Below, piece by piece: positions 29,760 to 39,581 of a DNA stretch of 64,000 bases. Position 1 is the first letter of the stretch. Every line of letters starts with the position of its first letter. The stretch spans positions 1,280,001 to 1,344,000 of the forward strand of contig OY820905.2 in NCBI GenBank assembly GCA_963555755.3, in the 5' to 3' direction. The notes beneath the pieces were generated by a model. It was given only the letters and a program-made list of their open reading frames with translations, made no database searches and was not told the DNA's origin. This stretch comes from Nitrospirales bacterium (GTDB taxonomy: Bacteria; Nitrospirota; Nitrospiria; Nitrospirales; UBA8639). The position numbers were made by a program, and so were the translations under genes.

Positions 29760-30890
29760 ATGCGTGACCACTTGCAAACAGCAACGAAACTGCTCCTTTC
29801 GGTTGGATGCTTGCTTGGACTTCCCTTTCTTGGGTTCATGATTTCTGGGCAACCGCTCTCTCCCCTTCTTGAATTTCCTCCTTCCACATCAACCGTCACT
29901 CACGCTCCTTTTTCCTGGATAGTCTTTGGGTTATTCGGTGTGATCGAGGTAGGATTGATCGCCAGCCTGCTATTTTTGCTTTTTGGAAGTTCCTCAACAT
30001 CCACCAAACCATTATCAGCTCCTCCACGCACTCAGTTTCCCTGGTGGGGTTGGGTCAGCCTGGGATCACTCTTTCTCTTTTGGTTTTTGGCTTGGACTCG
30101 TTTTGCATGGTTCGCGGATATCCAAGGCCTCACCTTCACACCCCTCTGGATTTCGTTCATCATGTTTCTGAACGCACTGACGTATCAACGCACAGGCCAG
30201 TGTCTTTTTCTAAATCACCCGAGATTTTTCATTTCCTTGTTTTTATGGAGCGCGATGTTTTGGTGGTACTTCGAGTACCTCAATCGATTCGTCCAAAACT
30301 GGCGCTATATTGGGTTAGAGCCGATGACCGCGACATACTATGTCATGCATAGCACACTTGCCTTTTCCACGGTCCTTCCGGCTGTGTTCAGTACCTGCCA
30401 ATTTCTGCAAACATTTTCGTTTCTGTCGAATCGAACCTACCAACGACCATTGGACATTCCTCAGCCAACAAATCTCGTATGGGTCCTATTGTTCTTAAGC
30501 AGCACATGCCTCGTGGGATTAGCCATCTGGCCCAACTATTTTTTCTCGTTCTTGTGGATTGCGCCCTTGCTATTCATGCTGGGTATTCAGATGCGATGGG
30601 GCAAGAGCACGATTATTTCGGCTTTAAGCCAGGGCCGGTGGCAGGTGATCACCACCCCAGCTTGTGCGGCCATATTGTGCGGATTCTTTTGGGAGATGTG
30701 GAATGTCAACAGCGCGGCGAAGTGGGTGTATTCGATTCCCTTTGTGGATCGATTTCACCTTTTCGAAATGCCCCTCCTGGGCTATGCCGGTTACGTGCCG
30801 TTTGGATTGGAATGTGTCGTGGCAATGGATTTCTTTTTCAGAGGACGACAGTGCTTGGATGTCATGGGCTGGTCTAACAACCGTGGGTAA
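29760..30890 (+). CDS. Conserved polytopic membrane protein
   Basis: About 10 TMs; FEYLN..VQNW.Y, WEMWN, FEMPLLGYAGY. Confidence 0.7.
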   Translation: MRDHLQTATKLLLSVGCLLGLPFLGFMISGQPLSPLLEFPPSTSTVTHAPFSWIVFGLFGVIEVGLIASLLFLLFGSSSTSTKPLSAPPRTQFPWWGWVSLGSLFLFWFLAWTRFAWFADIQGLTFTPLWISFIMFLNALTYQRTGQCLFLNHPRFFISLFLWSAMFWWYFEYLNRFVQNWRYIGLEPMTATYYVMHSTLAFSTVLPAVFSTCQFLQTFSFLSNRTYQRPLDIPQPTNLVWVLLFLSSTCLVGLAIWPNYFFSFLWIAPLLFMLGIQMRWGKSTIISALSQGRWQVITTPACAAILCGFFWEMWNVNSAAKWVYSIPFVDRFHLFEMPLLGYAGYVPFGLECVVAMDFFFRGRQCLDVMGWSNNRG

Positions 30891-30969
30891 TTGTTGCTTT
30901 TGATTTTCAAAGTTCGCAGAAGACTCGTCATAATGGCTGGCATGATACCTGGATGCATCGTGACCTCGC

Positions 30970-31904
30970 TTAATGATCTTGTTTCGCCAAGTGGCCCAAT
31001 GGAGATGAAGAACGTTGTTGATGACCAATAAAAAGCAGTAGCCTGTGCAGGATTTGATCTAATGCCTTTGATGCCGGGCAATTCGGCGCTAGATCCACCA
31101 CGGGTTGAAAGATCCGCATGGATTGCTCCACAGATTCATCAGCGGGAATTTCTCCCAACATCACCAAATCCCCTCCGATAAATTTTCCCACCATTTGCTG
31201 AAGATAGGCGATGGGTAACTTGCTATTGGGTGTAACTCGATTCAGGACGAACAGGGGATTGAATTCTTGCAACCTGTGTTCCGCGGCTTCACGGGTACCC
31301 ATTTCATCATCCCCAATGGCTGCGAGCACCTCATCGATGCTCGAAAACTCTTCCTCCAGGAGTGACGCGTTGATTTCACTCTGATTCCGTACCAACACCT
31401 GGGTTAACACTTACCGAATCGCCGCGAGTTTCAAGAATCGGTAGAGTTCGATCACTGAGATTGGATCAGGATTGGCGACGACCACCTGGGCATCACCCTG
31501 CAAAAAGAAATCAAGTGATTGATAACTTGTGCCGGGTGGACAATCCAATAAGACAATATCTGCATCAAGGTTTTTGAGGTGGCGCATCAAGCGTTGCTTC
31601 TTGGCATACGGCAAATTGGCTGTCGCCAGGGTTTGTCTGTACCCGGGATGAGCCGAAGGTCTGATCCCCATTCCACCTCTTGGGCCACCTCATCCAGTGA
31701 TTTAATTTTTCGTGAGATAAAATCCGATACGCTTTGCGACGGCTGGAGTTGACCGAACAGAATGCGTAAGTTCGCGCCTCCAATATCGAGATCCACGAAC
31801 ACCACACGTTTCCCGTGTCGGGCTAGCAACAATCCGAGGTTACTCGCAACAACACTCTTGCCAACTCCTCCCTTTCCCGATGCGATGGATACGATGGTCG
31901 GCAT
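30970..31904 (-). pseudogene. MinD/FlhG-like P-loop ATPase, disrupted
   Basis: SGKGGVGKS, DLDIGGANL, LDCPPG; 1-nt frameshift near 31636 and in-frame TAA at 31411-31413. Confidence 0.8.
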
Positions 31905-32104
31905 ACTGCTATACTGTGTGTTTTGGAGGAACGACGGTGGCCCGCATCTATTGATCCCTCCCACCTGACAAACTGATGGCTGGCGATTCTTTGGTATTCT
32001 CTTCTTCTTCGGCATAGTGGTTCTAGTTATTTAGGGCTGCTCACCGTTGAGACAGAAGCCATCTTCCCGTATCATTTCCCTGAAAGGTGATTGAGGCTTT
32101 CCTT

Positions 32105-32833
32105 ATGAACATTGACGCTGCCCTGCAAGACCTTCGATCGCGCCTAGCCCGGGCCAAATCAGTGACGGTGTTAACTGGAGCCGGGATCTCCGCAGACAGC
32201 GGCGTCCCGACCTTTCGCGGAACAGAGGGATTGTGGAAAGATTTTCGACCAGAAGAGCTGGCTTCCCCGGATGCCTTCGAGCGTGATCCAACCCTGGTCT
32301 GGGAATGGTATAACTGGCGGCGGGAATTACTCGCCACGAAAAGTCCCAATCCAGGCCATCATGCCTTGGTTGAATTAGAACAGCGATGTGAGCGGTTTTG
32401 GCTGATTACTCAAAACGTGGATGGCCTGCATGCGGAAGCAGGTTCTCGAAAACTGTCCGAAATTCATGGCAATATTTGGAAGGTCAGGTGTACTGGATGT
32501 GGCGTGGTCAAAGACAATCGAGACGTCCCCATTGAGATTCTGCCAAAATGTTTAACCTGCCATGGGCTGCTACGCCCACATATTGTTTGGTTTGGTGAAT
32601 CGCTGGACCCTGAAGACCTTCACAATAGCTATGAGGCGTTGCGATCCTGCGAGGTCCTGCTCATCATTGGCACTTCAGGCATGGTCTATCCCGCTGCCTC
32701 CTTTGGGCCGATTGCCAAAGATCAAGGCGCCTTTGTCGCAGAACTGAATTTGGATTCAACACCAAACTCTGATCTTGTGGACGTGGCGGTTCAAGGACGT
32801 GCTAAAGATCTTGTCCCTCAATTACTCTCATAA
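32105..32833 (+). CDS. cobB: NAD-dependent protein deacylase (sirtuin)
   Basis: TGAGISADSGVPTFRG, TQNVDGLH, HG, CxxC..CxxC, RPHIVWFGE. Confidence 0.93.
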   Translation: MNIDAALQDLRSRLARAKSVTVLTGAGISADSGVPTFRGTEGLWKDFRPEELASPDAFERDPTLVWEWYNWRRELLATKSPNPGHHALVELEQRCERFWLITQNVDGLHAEAGSRKLSEIHGNIWKVRCTGCGVVKDNRDVPIEILPKCLTCHGLLRPHIVWFGESLDPEDLHNSYEALRSCEVLLIIGTSGMVYPAASFGPIAKDQGAFVAELNLDSTPNSDLVDVAVQGRAKDLVPQLLS

Positions 32834-32902
32834 GGGTCCTGTTGAATATTGCACTCTAACAGCCAATAAAAGCTCCAAATCAGCCACGCATCGTCAGTGG
32901 GA

Positions 32903-33048
32903 GGGAATGTTCAAAAAAGCATGCCCTGAGTCTTTCCGAAGGGTCTATCCAGCAAGGCCGCAGCCATTTTGACGAGCGGAGCGTACTCACAGTACGTGAG
33001 CACGGCAAAATGGCGAGAACGCCGCTGGCGGCTTTTTTCAACATTCCC
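32903..33048. repeat. Family C element with small inserted REP
   Basis: GGGAATGTTCAAAAAAG ... CTTTTTTCAACATTCCC; internal CCCTGAGTCTTTCCGAAGGG. Confidence 0.8.
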
Positions 33049-33052
33049 ATAA

Positions 33053-33315
33053 GGGTCCGTCACGAAATAACCGGTACAATTGGGAAGCCCAGATTTGTGA
33101 TCGGGGCTAGGCGCGACGAGAGAGCAGAGCGGGGCTCTGTGACCGAGGAGCAACGCTGCCCCGTGCCAAAGATGGGCCTCCCCGGAGGGCCGAACGCTTT
33201 TGGGCTGCGCCGGCGTTGCTCAACGCTTCCATACTCCCGGTATGCGCACTCTTCGCTCCTTGGCTCGCCCTAAAATCATTTCGGCCAATTGTACCGGTTA
33301 TTTCGTGACAGATCC
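33053..33315. mobile_element. Family B MITE with TAA duplication
   Basis: TAA-GGGTCCGTCACGAAATAACCGGTACAATTGG ... CCAATTGTACCGGTTATTTCGTGACAGATCC-TAA. Confidence 0.85.
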
Positions 33316-33409
33316 TAAGCCATTGTAATTCCACATCTTCTTGACTATTTCCCGCCTTGTTTGTTACCGTATTTTGTTTAGGATTAATGCACGATACATG
33401 GAGCGAATC

Positions 33410-33610
33410 ATGCAAGTGACAATTAATGGAAAACCCGAAGATGTCCAAGCCGGCACAGTCCTGGATGTTCTGAAACATAAAGAGGTGGACCCCCATATGG
33501 TGGCAGTGGAACTCAATACTCAGATTGTCGAACGCGACCAACTGGAGACAACCCCGATCAAAGACGGGGATAAACTGGAATTCCTCTTTTTCATGGGTGG
33601 AGGCGAGTGA
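33410..33610 (+). CDS. ThiS-family sulfur carrier protein
   Basis: VAVELN..IV, GDKLEFLFFMGGGE. Confidence 0.9.
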   Translation: MQVTINGKPEDVQAGTVLDVLKHKEVDPHMVAVELNTQIVERDQLETTPIKDGDKLEFLFFMGGGE

Positions 33611-34535
33611 CCTCTCCCTTCTTGCCGCAAATCACGGAGGGCATTGGCAACACTCCCCTTGTCAGACTGAATAGCTTTCCCCGGAAGGCGGAGCCACCAT
33701 TTATGGCAAGGTGGAGTTTTTCAACCCCGGGGGCAGCGTCAAGGATCGTATCTGCCTCAATATGCTGGATGAGGCTGAACAACAGGGGCAGCTCAAGCCA
33801 GGTGGGACGATTGTTGAGCCTACGAGCGGCAACACAGGTATTGGACTCGCGTTAGTCGCGGCGGTTCGTGGGTACAAGCTGATTCTGGTCATGCCGGAAA
33901 GCATGAGTCTGGAACGAGCCAGCCTGCTTTCTTCGTATGGGGCTCAACTCATCTTGACCCCAGCGTGGGAGGGCATGAAGGGAGCCATTAAGGAAGCGGA
34001 AAGCATTGTCTCACAAAACCCTGAGTATTTTATGCCGGATCAATTTTCGAATCCCGCAAACCCGGCCATGCATAAAAAGACCACGGCCCTTGAACTGTGG
34101 GATGCCTTGGATGGGAAAATCGATGCGTTTGTCGCAGCGGTAGGAACAGGCGGCACGATTACGGGATGTGGTGAGGTTTTTAAAGAACGAAACCCTTCAG
34201 TAAAAATCATTGCGGTTGAACCTGCAGGATCCCCGGTTCTTTCCGGTGGTGAACCCGGCCCCCATAAGATTCAAGGCATTGGCGCAGGGTTCGTTCCAAA
34301 AGTTCTCAATCGTTCGATTTTAGATGATATTTTTCGCGTCACCGACGACCAGGCGTACCAGACGACCAAACTGTTGGCGAAAAAAGAAGGGCTCTTGGTG
34401 GGAATATCCTCTGGAGCCAACGTCTTTGCCGCCCAAAACGTGGCCAAGGAATTAGGCCCTGGAAAGAATGTCGTCACCGTGTTGTGTGATACCGGCGAGC
34501 GATATTTAAGTATCGAGAAGTATTTCAATATTTAA
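33607..34535 (+). pseudogene. cysK: Cysteine synthase A with a 1-nt frameshift near 33672 (real or sequencing error)
   Basis: IGNTPLVRL in one frame, then KVEFFNPGGSVKDR, TSGNTG, GTGGT, HKIQGIG in the -1 frame. Confidence 0.85.
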
Positions 34536-34573
34536 TCGGTTCTTGAACAATCCATTTTACCTGAACGTACAGT

Positions 34574-35401
34574 ATGAACTTCACAGACGATCAGATTACC
34601 CGATACAGCCGACACATCCTGCTTCCTGAAGTAGGTGGCAAAGGCCAGAAGAAACTTTCCCAGGCGAAAATTTTTGTCGTTGGCGCTGGTGGCCTTGGCT
34701 CCCCCGTTGCGCTGTATTTGGCCGCAGCAGGTATTGGCACCATTGGCTTGATCGACAGCGATGTCGTGGACCTGTCGAATCTCCAACGTCAGATATTGCA
34801 CCACACTCCAGACGTTGGCCGACCGAAGGTTCTTTCGGCCAAAGAAAAAATTTACGCCTTAAACCCCGAGGTGACGGTCGAGACCTACGAAGATCGCTTC
34901 ACAGCGTCCAATGCGCTCGACCTCATCAAGCCGTACGATATCGTGATCGACGGAGTCGATAATTTTCCAGCGAAGTTTTTGATCAATGATGCTTGCTATT
35001 TCGCAGACAAGCCCCTCGTCCATGGCGGCATTTTACGATTTGATGGACGCGTGTTCTCCATCATTCCCAAAAAATCTGCCTGCTATCGCTGCATTTTTAA
35101 AGAGCCGCCTCCAGCCGGTCTCGTGCCCAGTTGCCAGGAAGCCGGCATTATTGGCGTGGTCGCGGGTGTTATTGGTACGATTCAAGCTACCGAGGCGATC
35201 AAATTGATTTTGGGCATTGGACAACCGCTCACTGATCGCATTTTGGATTTTGACGCACAGAAGACCAGCTTCCGTGAGATCAAAACCAAACGGAATCCCA
35301 AATGTCCCCTCTGCGGAGACAAACCTGAAATCACGAAATTATTCGAGCATGAACAGGAAGCCTGCCAACTTCGCACACCTGGCACGGTAGGCGTCACATA
35401 A
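34574..35401 (+). CDS. MoeB/ThiF family adenylyltransferase (E1-like), copy 1
   Basis: RYSRH, GAGGLG, SNLQRQ, CYRC, CPLC. Confidence 0.93.
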   Translation: MNFTDDQITRYSRHILLPEVGGKGQKKLSQAKIFVVGAGGLGSPVALYLAAAGIGTIGLIDSDVVDLSNLQRQILHHTPDVGRPKVLSAKEKIYALNPEVTVETYEDRFTASNALDLIKPYDIVIDGVDNFPAKFLINDACYFADKPLVHGGILRFDGRVFSIIPKKSACYRCIFKEPPPAGLVPSCQEAGIIGVVAGVIGTIQATEAIKLILGIGQPLTDRILDFDAQKTSFREIKTKRNPKCPLCGDKPEITKLFEHEQEACQLRTPGTVGVT

Positions 35402-35415
35402 ATATAGGTGCTGCC

Positions 35416-36654
35416 ATGGCAAAAATGAAAGCCTTAGTCTGTCGAGAATGTGGGAAGGAGTATCCCACCGAAGCTATTCACGTTTGCGAACTCTGCTTTG
35501 GCCCATTAGAGGTCAAATATAATTACGATGAGATCAAGGCCAAAGTCTCACGGAAATCAATTGAGGCCGGGCCGCGTAGCCTTTGGCGATATCAAGACTT
35601 CCTTCCCATCGAGGGCAAACCGACCATCGGGTTGCATGCAGGTTTCACCCCTCTGGTCCGGGCTCATAACTTAGGCGCCTTTTTAGGCATTGACGAACTG
35701 TATATTAAAAATGACTGCGTCAATCACCCCACCCTTTCATTTAAAGATCGAGTGGTGGCCGTTGCGCTGACCCGAGCGCGAGAACTCGGCTTTGAAACAG
35801 CCGCCTGCGCGTCAACCGGAAACTTAGCCAACTCTGTCGCGGCTCATGCGGCGCTAGCCGGGATGCAATGTTACGTGTTTATTCCTGGCGACCTGGAAGC
35901 CGCGAAGGTGCTGGGCAACCTCATCTATCGTCCCAAGGTCATTGAGATCGAAGGTACCTATGATGACGTGAACCGCCTCTGTAGCGAGATTGCCGGTGAA
36001 CGACAATGGGCATTTGTGAATGTCAACATCCGACCATACTATGCCGAAGGATCGAAAACGCTGGCCTACGAAACCGTGGAACAATTGGGGTGGCGCGCGC
36101 CGGATCAGGTCGTGGTCCCCATGGCATCTGGTTCTTTGTTGACCAAAATTTGGAAGGGACTCAACGAGTTTCACAAGGTGGGATTACTCGATTCATTCGC
36201 CACCAAAGTTAATGGTGCGCAAGCTGAAGGGTGTTCACCCATTTCGACTGCGTATAAAGATGGTCGGGACTTTTTCAAACCCGTCAAACCCAACACGATT
36301 GCCAAGTCTCTCGCGATTGGGAACCCTGCCGATGGATATTATGCCTTGAAGACCGCGGCAGAAAGCGGCGGGGTCTTGGATTCTGTGACTGATGATGAAA
36401 TCGTAGAAGGCATTAAACTCTTAGCACAAACTGAAGGGATCTTTGCCGAAACAGCCGGCGGTGTGACGATTGGGGTGCTTCAAAAACTGGCAAAGCAGGG
36501 CTTGATCAAGCGAGACGATGTGACCGTCGCCTATATCACCGGCAATGGATTAAAGACCCAAGAAGCCGTAGTGGATTCGGTTGGTCGTCCCTTTCGGATC
36601 CCACCAAGTCTCAAAAAATTTGAACAAATGTTTGGACAACAGGGGGTGGCATGA
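35416..36654 (+). CDS. thrC: Threonine synthase-like PLP enzyme with N-terminal Zn ribbon
   Basis: CRECG..CELCFG; PTLSFKDR; STGN; substrate may differ from canonical ThrC. Confidence 0.8.
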   Translation: MAKMKALVCRECGKEYPTEAIHVCELCFGPLEVKYNYDEIKAKVSRKSIEAGPRSLWRYQDFLPIEGKPTIGLHAGFTPLVRAHNLGAFLGIDELYIKNDCVNHPTLSFKDRVVAVALTRARELGFETAACASTGNLANSVAAHAALAGMQCYVFIPGDLEAAKVLGNLIYRPKVIEIEGTYDDVNRLCSEIAGERQWAFVNVNIRPYYAEGSKTLAYETVEQLGWRAPDQVVVPMASGSLLTKIWKGLNEFHKVGLLDSFATKVNGAQAEGCSPISTAYKDGRDFFKPVKPNTIAKSLAIGNPADGYYALKTAAESGGVLDSVTDDEIVEGIKLLAQTEGIFAETAGGVTIGVLQKLAKQGLIKRDDVTVAYITGNGLKTQEAVVDSVGRPFRIPPSLKKFEQMFGQQGVA

Positions 36655-36932
36655 TTACGGTTCGTATTCCCACTCCCCTTCGCCCCATGACTGGCGGCAA
36701 GGGAGAAGTTGAAGGCGCCGGGAGCAGTGTGAGTGAACTCATTGAACACCTGAACGGCGCTCATCCCGGGCTCAAAGATCGCATCTGTGATGAACAGGGA
36801 GAGGTGCGGCGCTTCATTAACATCTATGTCAATGAAGAAGACATTCGATTTCTGACCGGGAAAGAGACTCCACTCAAAGATGGCGATGAAGTCTCGATCG
36901 TTCCTGCGATAGCCGGAGGAACTCATGGCTAA
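36651..36932 (+). CDS. MoaD/CysO family ubiquitin-like sulfur carrier
   Basis: VRIPTPLR, RFINIYVNEEDIR, IVPAIAGG-THG. Confidence 0.9.
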   Translation: MITVRIPTPLRPMTGGKGEVEGAGSSVSELIEHLNGAHPGLKDRICDEQGEVRRFINIYVNEEDIRFLTGKETPLKDGDEVSIVPAIAGGTHG

Positions 36933-37164
36933 ATTGCGATTTCATATTCGCTTTCCCGAAGAAAAAATTCCTGAGCCGATTATTTATCAAATCGGCCATG
37001 AATATAAGGTCGTCACCAGCATTCGCCGGGCCGATGTTCGAGAAACCACGGGTTGGATGGATGTTGAATTCTCCGGAGACACCGAAGAAATCGAACGTGC
37101 CATCGACGGAATGCGAGAAAAAGGGGTCCAGGTCGATCCCATCGAACTTAATGTCGTGGAATAG
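36925..37164 (+). CDS. NIL domain protein
   Basis: EPIIYQIG...IRRADV...GW...GVQVDP; 79 aa. Confidence 0.8.
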   Translation: MAKLRFHIRFPEEKIPEPIIYQIGHEYKVVTSIRRADVRETTGWMDVEFSGDTEEIERAIDGMREKGVQVDPIELNVVE

Positions 37165-37204
37165 TGAATTACACCGTAATAGATGAATAAATAATTGGGG
37201 AGGA

Positions 37205-37322
37205 AGGATGTTCAAAATGTTCGTCTAGCAAGGCTGCAGACCATTTGGCACGCGGAGCGTACGACAGTACGTGAGCATGACAAAGGGTCGAGAACGCAGC
37301 TAGCGGACCTTTTCAACATCCT
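37205..37322. repeat. Family C element inside the sulfur-carrier operon
   Basis: AGGATGTTCAAAA ... TTTTCAACATCCT. Confidence 0.8.
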
Positions 37323-37328
37323 GACGTG

Positions 37329-38132
37329 ATGATGGAATTTACAGAAGAACAAATTCAGCGCTATAGCCGCCAAATCATTCTTCCCGAGGTTGGCGGGAAG
37401 GGGCAGCAAAAGCTTCGATTGGCCAAAGTCCTTCTCATTGGCGCTGGGGGTTTAGGCTCCCCTATTGCGTTGTATCTGGGAGCGGCTGGCATCGGCACGA
37501 TTGGGTTGATTGATGGCGACGTCGTCGATCTGTCGAACCTTCAACGGCAAGTCCTCCATACCACACCTCATGTTGGGGTTCCAAAAGTTGAATCAGGCCG
37601 TCGTCTTTTGTCTGCATTAAATCCGGATGTCACTGTCAACACCTATCAAGAGAATATTACCGCCGACAATATTATGAAGATCGTGCCAGAATACGACATC
37701 GTCCTTGATGGGTCGGATAATTTCGGCACCCGATTTCTCGTGAATGATGCCTGCTTCTTTGCGAAGAGGACCCTCATCTCAGGAAGCATCTTTCGGTTTG
37801 AAGGACAATTGACCACCATCAAACCGCATGAAGGCTATCCCTGCTACCGCTGCCTCTATCCGGAACCACCCCCGGCAGGGTTAATCCCGAATTGCCAAGA
37901 AGCCGGTGTGCTCGGCGTGCTGGCCGGCACTATTGGTATTCTTCAAGCCAACGAAGCCGTGAAGGAAATCTTGGGTCTCGGCGAGACGCTTGCCGACCGC
38001 TTACTGATTTATGATGCGCTGGAAATGAAGTTCCGCAAAGTCGGTCGCCCCAAAGATCCAAAATGCCCCTTGTGCAGCGACCACCCCACTATCACGACAC
38101 TCGAAGAACACCACGTCTCTTGTAGCATTTAA
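37329..38132 (+). CDS. MoeB/ThiF family adenylyltransferase, copy 2
   Basis: RYSRQ, GAGGLG, SNLQRQ, CYRC, CPLC; paralog of 34574-35401. Confidence 0.93.
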   Translation: MMEFTEEQIQRYSRQIILPEVGGKGQQKLRLAKVLLIGAGGLGSPIALYLGAAGIGTIGLIDGDVVDLSNLQRQVLHTTPHVGVPKVESGRRLLSALNPDVTVNTYQENITADNIMKIVPEYDIVLDGSDNFGTRFLVNDACFFAKRTLISGSIFRFEGQLTTIKPHEGYPCYRCLYPEPPPAGLIPNCQEAGVLGVLAGTIGILQANEAVKEILGLGETLADRLLIYDALEMKFRKVGRPKDPKCPLCSDHPTITTLEEHHVSCSI

Positions 38133-38137
38133 ACCCC

Positions 38138-38647
38138 ATGCTCAGAATCCCATCCGACATTTGGGACGGCATGATCGAACATGCTCGGGCCCTCGATCCA
38201 CACGAATGTTGTGGCCTTCTCGCAGGTCAAGATGAGGTGATCTCCAAGCAATACCGGATCACCAACATATTGGCCAACATGACAGAAGAAGAGCTTGCAA
38301 CATTTTTCGAAAAAGGGAAGCTGACAGACCTGAAAAATCTTTCTCCCGAAGAACGCGCGGACATTGCATTTGTCATGGATATGGGGGAATTTTCCCTCGC
38401 CATCAAAGACATCCGCCAAAAGGGATTTACCCTTCCAATTTTTTATCACTCGCATACCTCAAGCCCAGCTCGCCCTTCAGAAACTGACATCAAAAAGGCG
38501 ATGGACTTTGAAGACATGCGAGAAAAGTTAAACTTTCCAGAACCCCTCCACCTCATCATCTCGCTTGAAGATAAATCCCATCCCACCATCCGCGCGTATC
38601 GCATTCAGAACTCGCAATCCACAGAAATCGCCGTTCAACAAGTGTAG
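38138..38647 (+). CDS. JAB/MPN (M67, Mec+-like) metallopeptidase
   Basis: PHECCGLL; YHSHTSSPARPSETD JAMM motif. Confidence 0.88.
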   Translation: MLRIPSDIWDGMIEHARALDPHECCGLLAGQDEVISKQYRITNILANMTEEELATFFEKGKLTDLKNLSPEERADIAFVMDMGEFSLAIKDIRQKGFTLPIFYHSHTSSPARPSETDIKKAMDFEDMREKLNFPEPLHLIISLEDKSHPTIRAYRIQNSQSTEIAVQQV

Positions 38648-38813
38648 CAATTTTTTCGAATATTCCGTCTTCCCCTGAATCTCCCCTAGAAATTACCTGC
38701 TAGACATCTTTTGCCAGGCTTGCAATAATATTTACGACATGGGCCTGTTGAATAATTCAAAATTTCTATAAGACCAATAGCATTTGATTAATTGATTTAA
38801 CCCTAAATAGCCA

Positions 38814-38936
38814 GGGGCTGTTCAAAAAGGCCCGTCCAGCAAGGCCGCAGGCGCTTTGGCGCGCGGAGCGTACTCATAGTACGTGAGCACGACAAAGGGC
38901 CGAGAACGCCGCTGGCGGACTTTTTCAACAGGCCCC
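38814..38936. repeat. Family C element
   Basis: GGGGCTGTTCAAAAAGG ... CTTTTTCAACAGGCCCC. Confidence 0.85.
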
Positions 38937-38975
38937 CCTACATTCATTCTTTATCCTCTCCACAGGAGTGTCCCC

Positions 38976-39350
38976 ATGACAATTCATCCACGGTCTTTAT
39001 TCATTGGCTTCATGGTCATGTTTTCAAGCCTCACCTTCTCTCTCACCGTCACCGCCTTTACCGACGTACCAGGGAAAGAAATGGCTTTCTACAGTCCCAT
39101 CATTCGGGTTGTCCCAGACAAGGGATTTATTATGATTAGTACGAGTAGTGGAATTCTGTGGTTGAAAGCCAGTGAGGCCGCCGCCCCACACCTTGCGAAA
39201 TTACCTGTGGGCGGGAGGATTGATGTGACAGTCGAATTTCAAGGAAAACCCAATCCCCCCATCATCAAATCCTGGAAACTCGCCAGCGGGGATTCCACGT
39301 GTAACATCTTTGATGGAACAACTTGCGTCAAGGACGAAGAGAAAAAGTAA
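38976..39350 (+). CDS. Exported hypothetical protein
   Basis: AGGAG RBS; signal peptide; C-terminal Cys pair. Confidence 0.65.
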   Translation: MTIHPRSLFIGFMVMFSSLTFSLTVTAFTDVPGKEMAFYSPIIRVVPDKGFIMISTSSGILWLKASEAAAPHLAKLPVGGRIDVTVEFQGKPNPPIIKSWKLASGDSTCNIFDGTTCVKDEEKK

Positions 39351-39355
39351 GCTTA

Positions 39356-39575
39356 ATCTATTCCGGGACAAGATAGGTAACGCCACGTCGTCATCAACGG
39401 CAACCTGCATCCAGTCTTCGGGGAAACATATTCGGTGAAAATTTCCCCCTGATGCCAGCATCGAATACTCGGTCATGAAATTAGACCACCTTCCCTCAAT
39501 AATAAAGAAGGCAAGACCGCCTTTGATCTGGTTTCAAAATCCAAACGCAAACAATTCCAAGCTGCTTTTCGATAA
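39356..39575 (+). pseudogene. C-terminal remnant of an ankyrin gene paralog
   Basis: 39489-39575 encodes PSLNNKEGKTAFDLVSKSKRKQFQAAFR*, matching the C-terminus of 39582-40586. Confidence 0.65.
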
Positions 39576-39581
39576 ATACCC

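Noticed and set aside
33661..33700. Programmed -1 frameshift at TTTCCCC in cysK
   Set aside because: Not a canonical slippery heptamer and there is no clear stimulator; a single-base deletion or sequencing error is simpler.
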